From positions 96,122-160,121 of the forward strand of contig CAWACB010000005.1 of assembly GCA_963780475.1 (NCBI GenBank): a stretch of DNA of 64,000 nt, read 5' to 3'. Positions 52,240-61,953 of this stretch are shown piece by piece. A program made the translations under genes and the position numbers. The DNA comes from an uncultured Solirubrobacterales bacterium. GTDB lineage: Bacteria; Actinomycetota; Thermoleophilia; Solirubrobacterales; JBBDJG01. Within the stretch, counting starts at the first letter, position 1; each line of letters begins with the position of its first letter. The notes beneath the pieces were generated by a model that saw only the letters and a list, made by a program, of their open reading frames with translations, searched no databases and was not told the DNA's origin.

Positions 52240-52245
52240 TAGACT
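52240..52245 (+). promoter_or_regulatory. TAGACT -10-like box 9 nt upstream of the ATG of the molybdopterin oxidoreductase gene
   Basis: gcgcttTAGACTgcggcatcgATG; no SD sequence. Confidence 0.3.
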
Positions 52246-52254
52246 GCGGCATCG

Positions 52255-54451
52255 ATGGCAGTTGAGGAGCGCGTCACTTTCTGCCGTATCTGCGAGCCGC
52301 TGTGCGGCATGGTCGCCACGGTTGAAGACGGCCGCCTCCAGAAGCTCCGCCCCGACAAGGATCACCCGCTCTCACGCGGGTTCGCGTGCCCCAAGGGCAT
52401 CGCGATGACGGAGGTCCAGAACGACCCGGACCGCGTGCTGCATCCGCTGAAGCGCGTCGGCGGCCCGGGCGAGTTCGAGCGCGTGTCCTGGGACGAGGCG
52501 CTCGACGACATCACGGCGCGGCTCAAGAACGTCCTGGCGCTGTACGGCAAGGAGTCCGTGGGCTGGTACATGGGCAATCCGGGCGCCTTCAGCTACAGCC
52601 ACGTGCTGTGGGCCAAGGGCTTCCTCGACGGACTCGGTTCCAGGCACTACTACACGGCCGGTTCGCAGGACGTGAACAACCGCTTCGCGGCCTCGGCCAT
52701 GCTGTACGGCTCGCCGCTGGTCGTTCCCTTCCCGGACCTGAAGCGGACCAACTTCATGCTGATGGTCGGCGCCAACCCGCTCGTTTCGCACGGGTCGGTG
52801 ATGTCCGCGCCGCGCGTGCGCGACCAGCTCGACGCGATCATCGAGCGGGGCGGCAAGGTGATCGTGGTCGACCCGCGCCACACCGAGACCGCGCGCGCGT
52901 ACGAGCACCTGCCGGTGCGTCCCGACACGGACGCCTGGATGCTGCTGTCCCTGCTGCACGTCGTATTCGAGGAAGGGCTGACGGACGCCGCCTATCTCGG
53001 GGCCCGGACCACCGGCGCCTCCGAGCTGGCCCGCCATGTCGCGCGCTTTTCCCCCGAGGAGACGGCCGCCGCGACCGGCATCCCGGCCGATCGGCTGCGC
53101 ACGCTGGCGCGCGAGTTCGCTGCCGCCGACGGTGCTGTCGCCTACGGGCGCACGGGCACCTGTCTGGGCCGGTTCGGAACGCTGACCGCGTTCCTGCTCG
53201 ACGCGCTGAACGCCGCCACCGGCAATCTCGACCAGCCGGGCGGCGCCGTGTTCGGGCGCGCGGCGATCGCGCTCGACGACATCGGCGAGCAGGCCGGCCT
53301 TGCGACCTACGGCAAGTTCCGCTCGCGGATCGGCGACTACCCGGACGTGATCGGCAACATGCCGGCGACGCTGATGCCGCTGGAGATGACCACTCCCGGC
53401 AAGGGCCAGCTGCGTGCGTTCTTCGTGTCGGCCGGCAACCCGGTTCTCTCGGTGCCCGACGGCGATGCGCTCGAGGACGCGCTCGAGGGCCTCGACCTGA
53501 TGGTGTCGCTCGACTTCTACGTGAACGAGACCAACAAGCACGCCGACTACGTGCTGCCCTCGACGACCTGGCTCGAGCGCGAGGACGTGCCGGCGGCGCT
53601 GATGGGTTTCTTCACGACGCCCTTCGTCCAGTTCAGCGAGGCGGTGGTCGAGCCGGCCGGCGAGGCGCGCCAGGAGTGGCAGGTGATCGACGAGATCTCG
53701 CGGCGCATCGGTGTCGCGCCGTACAGCCTGACCGCGCTGCGCGGTCTCGCGCGCCTGGGGATACGCATCACCCCCCGCCGGCTGATCGACCTGGTGCTGC
53801 GCACGGGCCCGTATGGCGACCGCCTCGGGCTGCGCCGCTCCGGGCTCTCGCTGCGCAAGCTGAAGAAGACGCCGCACGGCAGGGTGCTCGACGACCACAT
53901 CGCGACGGACGTGCTGGAGGAGCGCTCGCGCCACAGCGACAAGCGCGTGCACCTGCACGACCCCGCGATCGCGGCCGAGATCGACCGGATGGTGAGCGCC
54001 AACGGCGCGCACGCGGACTATCCGCTGCGCCTGATCGGCATGCGAGAGCTGCGCTCGCACAACTCCTGGATGCACAACTCACCGAAGCTGATGAGCGGTG
54101 GCCGCGTGCACGCGGTGCGGATGCACCCCGACGACGCGGTCGCGGCCGGGCTGTCCGACGGCGACGACGCCCGGATCAGCTCCCCGGCCGGCTCGCTCGA
54201 GGTTCCGGTGAAGGTGACGGACGAGATGATGCCCGGCACGATCGCGCTGCCCCACGGGTGGGGGCACCGGGGCGGCTGGCAGGTCGCCAACCAGGCGCGT
54301 GGCGCCAATGTCAACCTGCTCGCGTCCTCCGACCCGGACGGCCTCGAGCGCCTGGCCGGGATGGCATTCCTGAACGGAATCCCCGTACGCGTCGAGGCGG
54401 TGGCGCCGGTGCCAGCCTCTGCCGAGCCCGTCGCGAGCCGCGACCGCCTAG
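52255..54451 (+). CDS. molybdopterin-dependent oxidoreductase (MopB superfamily, formate dehydrogenase/NarB-like)
   Basis: Track ORF 52255..54966. N-terminal 4Fe-4S motif CRICEPLCGM...CPKG, MGD-binding segments, C-terminal beta-barrel (ARISSPAGSLEVPVKVTDEMMPGTIALPHGWGH). As sequenced there is no in-frame stop until 54966, deep inside the next gene. A +1-frame TAG at 54449-54451 is the plausible true end. Confidence 0.8.
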
Positions 54452-54478
54452 GCTCCGCCGCCGGACCCGCCAGCCTCC

Positions 54479-55171
54479 GTGACCGAGGCCGTCCTGTTCG
54501 ATGCGCTGGGCACGCTGGTGCGGCTCGAGCCGCCCTGGGACCGGCTGCCGGCGCTGCTGCGCTCGCGGCATGGGATCGAGGTGAGCGAGGAGGACGCGCG
54601 CCGCGCGATGCTGGCCGAGATGTCCTACTACCGGGATCACCACCGGGAGGGCCACGACGCGGCGTCACTGGCCGAGCTACGGCGTCGCTGTGCAGCAGTT
54701 CTGCGCGAGGAGCTTCCTGCGGTAGCGCCGTTGTCCGAGGACGCGCTGGTCGAGGTGTTGCTGGAGACGATTCGCTTCACCCCCTATCCCGATGCCGCGG
54801 CCGCGCTCGGGGTCGTGCGGTCCCTCGGCCTGCGCGCGGCCGTGGTCTCGAACTGGGATTGCTCGCTCGGGTCGGTGCTGGAGGATCTCGGCCTCGGAGG
54901 GCTCCTGAACGCCGTTGTCACGTCTGCGGAGGTGGGCGCCGCGAAGCCCGATCCGGCCATCTTTGAGGCCGCATTGCAGGAGGTACGCTGCTCAGCGGAG
55001 AAGGCCCTGTTCGTCGGTGACTCCCCGGAGACCGACATAGCCGGGGCGCGCGGGGCGGGAATCAGAGCAGTGCTGGTCGACCGCAGCGTGTCGATCGGCG
55101 ACACCGGCGACGTCGAGACGATCCCCAGTCTCGAAGGCCTGCCGGAGCTGATCCCGGCGCACGCCGGGTAG
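54479..55171 (+). CDS. HAD-superfamily hydrolase (subfamily IA)
   Basis: 230-aa track ORF (GTG start). AVLFDALGTLV (DxDxT-type motif with variation), VVSNWD, KPDPAIF, FVGDSPETDIAGARGAG. Confidence 0.8.
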   Translation: MTEAVLFDALGTLVRLEPPWDRLPALLRSRHGIEVSEEDARRAMLAEMSYYRDHHREGHDAASLAELRRRCAAVLREELPAVAPLSEDALVEVLLETIRFTPYPDAAAALGVVRSLGLRAAVVSNWDCSLGSVLEDLGLGGLLNAVVTSAEVGAAKPDPAIFEAALQEVRCSAEKALFVGDSPETDIAGARGAGIRAVLVDRSVSIGDTGDVETIPSLEGLPELIPAHAG

Positions 55172-55192
55172 AGAAGCCGCAGACTCACAGAC

Positions 55193-55960
55193 ATGGAGAC
55201 CTCCAGCCAGCCGGACAGCCATTTCCGCCCCACGCCGGGCGTGACCGGGCCGCCGGCGCCGGTGGACGCGCCGCCGCCCGGGCGCCGCGATCCTCGCTGG
55301 CCCCTGGACGCGTCGCGCGGACTGATCGGGGTGCTCGTCGCGCTGGCGGCGACGCTGGCGCTCACGATGGTGATCGCGATCGCTTTCGCGGCCGGTGGAG
55401 CGGGGGACCTGGGCGACAACCGCGCTTTCACGTTCATCGCCACGTTCGCCGGCGACCTTGCGCTGGTCGCCACCGCCTGGTTCCTGGTCTCCGACCGCGG
55501 CCGGCCGACCCTCGCGATGTTCGGGCTCCGGCGGTTCCGCTTTTGGTCGGCGATCGGCTGGGTGCTGCTCGCCTTCGTCACCTACCTGGTGCTGGCCGGG
55601 ATCTACACGGAGCTCGTCAACCCGCCCCAGGACGACCTGCCCGACCAGCTCGGCGCGGATGAGAGCACATTGCTGGCCGTGATCACCGGCGTGTTCGTGA
55701 TCGGGATCGCGCCGCCGGTGGAGGAGTTCTTCTTCCGCGGCTTCCTGTTTCAGTCGCTGCGCAACAGCTGGGGCCCGGCGCTCGGCGCACTGGGCAGCGC
55801 CGTGATCTTCAGCGCCATCCACCTCCAGTTCGACAAGTTCCCCCAGCTGGTGATCCTGGGCCTCGCACTGGCCTTCGTCTTCCACAAGACGGACTCGCTG
55901 TGGCCGCCGATCATGCTCCACGCGCTCAATAACACGCTCGCGTTCGCGGTCACGTTGTAG
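55193..55960 (+). CDS. CPBP-family intramembrane glutamic endopeptidase (CAAX protease-like)
   Basis: 255-aa track ORF. EEFFFRGFLF, FSAIH, HALNN motifs. CAGACT lies 7 nt upstream of the ATG. Confidence 0.8.
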   Translation: METSSQPDSHFRPTPGVTGPPAPVDAPPPGRRDPRWPLDASRGLIGVLVALAATLALTMVIAIAFAAGGAGDLGDNRAFTFIATFAGDLALVATAWFLVSDRGRPTLAMFGLRRFRFWSAIGWVLLAFVTYLVLAGIYTELVNPPQDDLPDQLGADESTLLAVITGVFVIGIAPPVEEFFFRGFLFQSLRNSWGPALGALGSAVIFSAIHLQFDKFPQLVILGLALAFVFHKTDSLWPPIMLHALNNTLAFAVTL

Positions 55961-56311
55961 GCGCCCGCGGGGGTGCTGGCGTTCGAGGCTGGTGCGCCCT
56001 GTCGGGACGGGCAGGTAGGGAAGCTGGTGCAGAGCCGCGCGTTTCCGATGCATCTCCCACGCGCTCTCGTCGCGCCGGCTGTCACGCATCCGAGCTGGCA
56101 TCAGCCCATCAGGATCGTGCGCGAAGTTCGCCACCGTATACGGGGGTTAACGTCAGTTCGATCTTCAGGCATTCGGATGTCACGAAGGAGCCCGGCACGC
56201 GTGGGAGACGCGCCGCGGGCGTACGAATCGCAACAGCCTCCCTACAAGCCCGTCCCAATCAACCGCAACGCGCAGGTGCTCCAACGGTAGCGCGGAACAC
56301 GGCAAAACAAA

Positions 56312-56335
56312 GGGGGCGCGGTTTCCCGCGCCCCC
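56312..56335. terminator. bidirectional rho-independent terminator
   Basis: Perfect 10-bp GC stem GGGGGCGCGG-tttc-CCGCGCCCCC. The minus-strand reading is followed by TTTGTTTTGCC (26 nt after the acylase stop). The plus-strand reading is followed by TTCTCGTTGCTCTT. Confidence 0.7.
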
Positions 56336-56360
56336 TTCTCGTTGCTCTTCCAGCCCCGGC

Positions 56361-58850
56361 TTACCGGTGGCTGTCGAAGCTGATCACCTGCTGGAAGGTG
56401 GGCCGGTTGGTCCACCGCATGGTGATCGGAATCACTACCGGCGCCTGGAACACGATCCGCTCCGGCACGGCGCTCTTGCGCCACAGGGACGGGTCGTTCG
56501 TGCCCTGGGCGGCTGCCAGCTCGTCGCCGGCCACCTTGAGGGCGTTCCAGATCGCGTCGCGGCACAGACCGAGGTCGCCCTGGCCGCAGAACTTCGTCTT
56601 GTAGTCGTCCGCCGGCTTGGGTCCGAGGCCGTTCCTGTGCAGGAGGCTCCGGAGGTCCTTGTCGACGTAGCCGTACCAGCCGCTCCCGTAGGCGGAGCCC
56701 TGGTTGTTGGCGTTGTTGCTGCGCGTGACCAGCGTGGCCAGCTCAGCCAGGTTCGGACCGAGCACCGGACTCATGACCGCGTCCGCGATCTTGTTCCAGG
56801 CCTGGTCCATGATGGCTGCACCGGCGGCGTCGATCGTGTTGTTGCCGTCGGCGTCCAGACGGCTCGATCCCGAGTCCCGCCAATCCTGGAGCAGCTGCAG
56901 CATCTGCTGCTCCCGCGGGGTCGGAGCCGTGCCGGTCTCGAGCACCTGCTTGACCACCGGCAGAACCTCGACCGTACGCAGGTCCTGCGTCGCCGCCATG
57001 TTCATGGCGTTGGTCAGCGAGCCCAGTGTCTGCGGCTCGGGCTGCTGGTTGGTCGTGTTCTTGAGCAGGTCCTGGCGGTGGACCGACTGGTACGACCACT
57101 CGTCGTCCGCGGAGGTCCAGCCGGGTGCCGGCTTGTTGTTCCACTGCAGGATCTCCCCGCTTGCCGGGTTGACCGTCTGCGGGTGGTCGTCCTGCTTCAC
57201 GAATCCGCGCCACTCGTACTTGCCCGTGCCGTTGGTGGGCAGGCCGAGGTCCACGTCACCGTGACGGATCGGCGTGCGGCCGCTCGAGAACAACGCAATG
57301 TTCTCGTTGTCGGCGTAGTGCCAGTTGAACGTCAGCTCGATCTTGTTCGCTGCGTCGAGGAAGCTCCCCGGCGAGTCAACGGTGTCGTTGAACCGCTTGA
57401 ACCCGATCGCACTGACCGCCTCACGTCCGCGCGTCGAACGCTTGGACGCGAGGGCGACGCTCTCACCGTCGACCGTCGCGTACCCGTTTACCGGGCCGTG
57501 CACGGTCTCGTTGAACGTCACCGGTCCGGCCGGCGGGCCGGGGCCCGGGCCGAGCGTGCCTGCGTTGAACGACGTCATGTCGAGGCACTCACCGCGGAAC
57601 AGGTACTTCGTGTCGCTTCCGTCACACAGCTCCTCGGCGAACGTGTCGATGATGTCCGTTCCGGACGACGTCGCACTCCACGCGAAGTCGGGACCACGCC
57701 CGAGCTGCACGTAGGGAAGCGAGCCGGGGAACGAAGCACCACGGGCCGCGATGCCGCCACCGTGCGCATCCCACTCCATCAGGAGACCGGGGTAGGCGTA
57801 GCCCACCTGCGGTCCCATGACCGCCAGCGGGCGGCCTGTGGCTGAGCGCTCAGCGCCGAGCAGCAGCGCGTTGCTGGCCATGGCCTGTGACTCCTGTGCC
57901 AACGCGGCTGCCTGTGAGCCCGCGGGGTCGAGGCTGCCAGAGTCGATGACCGTGTTGCCCTTGTCCTTGCGGTCGCCGCCGAGCTTGAACGTCTCCGCGA
58001 CCGTGGTCGGCGCATCCGCGACGTTCTGCCCACGCAGGTCGTTGAAGATGTGCTTCGCACGGCCCGGGCCAAGCCGGTCGCGCAGCGAGGACAGGAACTG
58101 TGCCCGACGGGCCTCGTCGCCGCCGCCCTTGCCGAACCGCGCCCCGAGAAGGGCGCCCACGGCGAGCACGTCGTTACGGGTCCATGCCGGCGTCGGAATG
58201 CTGGCCAGGGTCCGGGCGAGGTTGATGCCCGCGACGTAGTCGTCGATGTCCTGTACGACCTGGGCGCCCTCGGCGCCTCCTTCGTCCAGGAGCACGTTGA
58301 TCTGCGACGCCATGAACGCCTCCGTCTGGGCGGACGGTGTGAACGTCCGGCCGGAGAAGACGACAGTGAAGGCGTCAACGCCAGGAGCGTCCAGTGCTGC
58401 GAGCCGGCCGGGGAAGCGCAGTGCCTCCATCAGCAGGCCGCGGTCCTGGACCGAGGCGAAGCCGACTCCGAACATCGTGTCGGAGCGCGTCGCGCCCTCG
58501 ATGTGCGGCACGCCCTTGTTGTCGCGCTTGATGACGACACCCGGGTGACCGGGAGGCGACGTCGTGCTGACCGGGGCACCAGTCACCCCGAACGTGTTCG
58601 GCTTGAAGTAGAACGGCAGAAAGGTGTCGTCCACGGTGTTGAAGTTAGGAGTCAGCCCGTCGTACTGGAAGACCTGGCTGAACGAGTTCACGCCCGGTGG
58701 GTTGGACCCCTGCTGGCCGGGTGGCAGGATGTTCCATGCCTCGTCCGGCGCTGAATAGTCTGGACCTATGACGGCCATGGCGGCTGGCGCGGCGAAAAGC
58801 ATCATTGCCACGCCGAGCGCGAAGCCCAATAAGGACTTGCGAAGCGACAA
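56361..58850 (-). CDS. penicillin acylase-family Ntn hydrolase (peptidase S45)
   Basis: 829-aa track ORF; TTG start preceded by GAGGGAGGGG. Signal peptide ending AAMA; the putative nucleophile context QAMASNALLLG is typical of the beta-subunit N-terminal Ser. Confidence 0.85.
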   Translation of the reverse strand: MSLRKSLLGFALGVAMMLFAAPAAMAVIGPDYSAPDEAWNILPPGQQGSNPPGVNSFSQVFQYDGLTPNFNTVDDTFLPFYFKPNTFGVTGAPVSTTSPPGHPGVVIKRDNKGVPHIEGATRSDTMFGVGFASVQDRGLLMEALRFPGRLAALDAPGVDAFTVVFSGRTFTPSAQTEAFMASQINVLLDEGGAEGAQVVQDIDDYVAGINLARTLASIPTPAWTRNDVLAVGALLGARFGKGGGDEARRAQFLSSLRDRLGPGRAKHIFNDLRGQNVADAPTTVAETFKLGGDRKDKGNTVIDSGSLDPAGSQAAALAQESQAMASNALLLGAERSATGRPLAVMGPQVGYAYPGLLMEWDAHGGGIAARGASFPGSLPYVQLGRGPDFAWSATSSGTDIIDTFAEELCDGSDTKYLFRGECLDMTSFNAGTLGPGPGPPAGPVTFNETVHGPVNGYATVDGESVALASKRSTRGREAVSAIGFKRFNDTVDSPGSFLDAANKIELTFNWHYADNENIALFSSGRTPIRHGDVDLGLPTNGTGKYEWRGFVKQDDHPQTVNPASGEILQWNNKPAPGWTSADDEWSYQSVHRQDLLKNTTNQQPEPQTLGSLTNAMNMAATQDLRTVEVLPVVKQVLETGTAPTPREQQMLQLLQDWRDSGSSRLDADGNNTIDAAGAAIMDQAWNKIADAVMSPVLGPNLAELATLVTRSNNANNQGSAYGSGWYGYVDKDLRSLLHRNGLGPKPADDYKTKFCGQGDLGLCRDAIWNALKVAGDELAAAQGTNDPSLWRKSAVPERIVFQAPVVIPITMRWTNRPTFQQVISFDSHR

Positions 58851-58994
58851 GCGAATCCCCTCCCTCAGCTGTTAATACGGTCCTCCCTAACGCGTGGGAG
58901 GTCCCTGCGCCCGTGAGTCTAACGCGGTGTCAGCAAGAACTACAAGGGTCCAGCCGCAAATAGCTGCGCCGCGGCTCTCCGCAAATAGCGGCGT

Positions 58995-60092
58995 TCAGGC
59001 CGTCGCGTCGACCGCGCGCGGACGCGCACCCGCCCGCCCGGCGTTGCGCCGGTAGCGGTCGAGCACCTCAGTCGCGTGCTCGTAGCCCTGCAGCATCAGG
59101 CGGGGCCACTTGCGGCGGTCGATGAACAGGTCGTAGAAGCGCCAGCCGTGCACCTCGGTGTAGTCGACGGGGTCGATCAGCACCAGCTTCTTGCCCAGTC
59201 GCCGCGCGCTGCGCCGCGCCAGTTCGAGATGCCCCGCATAGCTGATCTGCCGGCTCGCGGCCATGAAGCCCATGGGGCGCTTGGTCCAGCCGGTGATGTC
59301 CTCGGCCTCGAAGCCGCGCGGGAGAATCGTGTTGACGCCGATCACGACGTCGAGGCGCTCGTGGTCGATCAGCGGCTGGGCCGGGAAGACGTCCACGACG
59401 CCACCGTCCACGTACAGGCTGTCCTCGACGCGCACCGCCTCCACCAGCAGCGGCAGCGCGGTCGCGATTCGCACCATCTCCCCGATCGTCAGGTCGGGCG
59501 TGAGCTTGGAGCCGAAGGTCTCGAGCCGGCCGTGGTCGATGTTGTAGACCTCGGAATAGATGGGAATCGCGGTCTCGCCGGCCGACATGCGCCACAGCTG
59601 CCGGTCGAACAGCTTCTCGATCGCCTCGCCCTTCGCGAGGCCGGTGAAGCCCCGCATCGCCGCCAGCGCGAACCGCGGCAGCCGCGTCCACTGGATGTCG
59701 AGGTAGTCCTCGGGCTGCCAGCTGAGCGACTGGTCGACCATCTGCTGCGCGGTCAGCCCCGCGGCGATCATCGAGCCCCACATCGCGGACCCGGAGCAGA
59801 ACGAGATCGCGCGCGGCTCGATGTTCGCTTCCTCCAGCGCCCGCGCGACGCCGCAGGCGGCCACGCAGGCGCCGCTGCCACCCGACAGCAGCAGGCCGAC
59901 GCGCTTGTTGCGCAGCGACGGGATCGGCCGGGAGCGGAAGGGCGGGAAGATCTTCGTCTCGACTCTCCGCGGCCGGTCGACGACGGGCAGTGGCAGTACC
60001 GCGCGGCGCACCGTGCGGACCGCATCGAGGTCGCCCATCACGCGTCCTCCCAGGGACCGGACGTCGTTCAGCCGAGCCAGCTGGACCTTCAT
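58995..60092 (-). CDS. patatin-like phospholipase
   Basis: 365-aa track ORF. Oxyanion GLLLSGGSGACVAACG, lipase GxSxG as CSGSAMWG, catalytic Asp in YVDGG. Confidence 0.8.
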   Translation of the reverse strand: MKVQLARLNDVRSLGGRVMGDLDAVRTVRRAVLPLPVVDRPRRVETKIFPPFRSRPIPSLRNKRVGLLLSGGSGACVAACGVARALEEANIEPRAISFCSGSAMWGSMIAAGLTAQQMVDQSLSWQPEDYLDIQWTRLPRFALAAMRGFTGLAKGEAIEKLFDRQLWRMSAGETAIPIYSEVYNIDHGRLETFGSKLTPDLTIGEMVRIATALPLLVEAVRVEDSLYVDGGVVDVFPAQPLIDHERLDVVIGVNTILPRGFEAEDITGWTKRPMGFMAASRQISYAGHLELARRSARRLGKKLVLIDPVDYTEVHGWRFYDLFIDRRKWPRLMLQGYEHATEVLDRYRRNAGRAGARPRAVDATA

Positions 60093-60189
60093 GTTGAAGG
60101 GGTCAAGCGTGTCGAGCGGCGAGGGGATCGGGCTAGGATACCCCCGCCCTGATCCGCCGTTGCAGTTCCGGCGGACCGGCCCCCCTCGA

Positions 60190-60744
60190 TTGGACGCGCG
60201 TTCGACACTTCTCGCCGTGCTGCGCGAGCAGGCGCTCGTGATCGGTGAGGTGACCCTGGCCAGCGGCCGTACCGCGCAGTACTACGTCGACGCGCGGCGG
60301 GCCTTGCTGAGCGCCGCCGGGTTCACCGCTCTGGGTGAGCTCGTGGCCGCCGAGGCACGCCGCCTGGGCGCCGTCGCGGTCGGCGGCCCGACGCTGGGCG
60401 CAGACCCGATCGCCTGCTCGGTGCTGTGCGTCCCGGACTCCCAGCTGAGTGCGTTCATCGTCCGCAAGGACCGCAAGGAGCACGGTCTCCAGCGCTGGGT
60501 CGAGGGCCCAGAGATTCCCTCCGGCGCCTCCGTGCTGGTCGTCGAGGACGTGGTCACCTCGGGCGGCTCGCTGATCACGGCGATCGAGCGCCTGCGCGAG
60601 GAGCGGATCACCATTGCTGGGGCGGTGTCGGTCGTCGACCGGCTGGCCGGCGGCGCGAACGCGATCGAGGCGGCCCTGGAGGGCGCGCCGTACTCGGCCC
60701 TGTTCACGATCGACGACGTGTATCCGGACCGGCCTGATCGCTAG
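60190..60744 (+). CDS. pyrE: orotate phosphoribosyltransferase
   Basis: Downstream part of track ORF 59821..60744, from TTG 60190. GEVTLASGRTAQYYVD, PRPP loop VLVVEDVVTSGGS. Start codon uncertain. Confidence 0.85.
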   Translation: MDARSTLLAVLREQALVIGEVTLASGRTAQYYVDARRALLSAAGFTALGELVAAEARRLGAVAVGGPTLGADPIACSVLCVPDSQLSAFIVRKDRKEHGLQRWVEGPEIPSGASVLVVEDVVTSGGSLITAIERLREERITIAGAVSVVDRLAGGANAIEAALEGAPYSALFTIDDVYPDRPDR

Positions 60745-60788
60745 AACCAGGACTTAAGACCCACCAAGTCGCGCCGATGGGCTAAGAA

Positions 60789-61227
60789 GTGACTGTCAAG
60801 GAGTCTTTGGTGGAGGGGTCTCCCAAGGAACAGCAGAACTTGGCGGCCGTGCGCGCGCTGTGGTCCGCCTCGCGCCATGGCGGCACCGACGATGCGATCG
60901 CGCTGCTCCAGCCGGACGCCGAGTGGCGGCTGCACATCTACCCGGACCGCGTGCTCACGACGGCCGAGTTCGCCGACACGCTGCGGCATATCGAGCGGGA
61001 CCGGCGCGTGACCAGCGCGGAGCTCCATCACGTCGAGGTCGACGGGGACTTTGTCCTGGCGGCAGGCAGCTTTCGGTGGTCCGGTGAACGACGGCGGGAT
61101 CATCGACTTCCGCGGTTACTGGGTGTATGAGTGCACCGGCGGCCGCATCGTCCGCGGCGAGTCCTTCGCCGACTGGTCGGACGCCGTCGAGTCGTTCAGC
61201 GCCCAGGTCGCGAACCGGGCTCTCTAA
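60789..61227 (+). CDS. SnoaL/NTF2-like small protein; frame broken near 61083-61088
   Basis: Track ORF 60789..61130 (GTG start) reads sensibly to ...DFVLAAGSFRWSG. The natural continuation NDGGIIDFRGYWVYECTGGRIVRGESFADWSDAVESFSAQVANRAL* lies in the +1 frame and ends at TAA 61225-61227. Confidence 0.55.
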
Positions 61228-61285
61228 GGGGAAGCAGCGCGCGCAAACGTCGCGGCTCCGCCCGCGCTTGGTTACCCTGAGCCGC

Positions 61286-61913
61286 GTGGGCTGGGGCAGG
61301 AACGCAATCCTGATCGCCGTCTTGGCGCTGTCGCTTGCCGGATGTGGCGGCGGTGACGACGACGGCGACGACAACGCCCAGGCGCCGGCGCCTGGGGGTG
61401 TCGCTACGCAGCCGCAGGAGGGCGACGGGTCCGGCGGCGGCGAGGACGGCTCCGGCTCGAATGAGGCGCAGGGCGACGAGGGCTCAGGCGGGGGGGTCTC
61501 CCAACTTTGCCCAGGGCACCGGCGGTGCCGAACCCACTGCGCGTCAGCGGCGACAGGCGAAGCGCCGCGCGCAGCGCGAGGGCTCGGACAACGGCGGCGG
61601 TGGCGAGAAGCGGCCCGCCAAGAAGCCCAAGTCCGGCTCCGGTCAGATCCCGCAGTCGAGCCCCGGCTCGGGAGTCGGCATCACCCGGCCCGACACTTCG
61701 AAGGACGGCGCGGAACGCTGGAAGAGCACCGCTCGCAGCGCCTACGACGTCGCGAAGCTCGTGTGCGGATCGGGCGATTCCCCCACCGAGGTGGCCAGGG
61801 AGCTCGGCCTCAAGGCGCGCGAGAAGGGAGCGATCGCGCGGGAGTACTCGGAGGAGTTCCCGCCGAAGTTCCGCCAGGCCGCTGTCGAGGGATGCCTGGC
61901 GGGGCTCGACTAA
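61286..61913 (+). CDS. lipoprotein; frame broken at a G7 tract (61490-61496)
   Basis: GTG 61286 (or TTG 61268). Signal plus lipobox AILIAVLALSLAGC and an acidic Gly-rich linker lie in track ORF 61127..61924. After GGGGGGG the sensible sequence continues in ORF 61335..61913 (SPNFAQGTGGAEP...WKSTARSAYDVAKLVCGSGDSPTEVARELGLKAREKGAIAREYSEEFPPKFRQAAVEGCLAGLD*). Confidence 0.55.
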
Positions 61914-61953
61914 GCCGCGCCTAGACTGGAGGGCGGTGCGAAGAGAAACGGGC

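Noticed and set aside
60741-61103. Minus-strand ORF 60741..61103 (120 aa) opposite the SnoaL-like gene.
   Set aside because: The plus-strand reading gives a coherent NTF2-like sequence once one frame break is allowed. The minus-strand translation has no motifs and poor composition.
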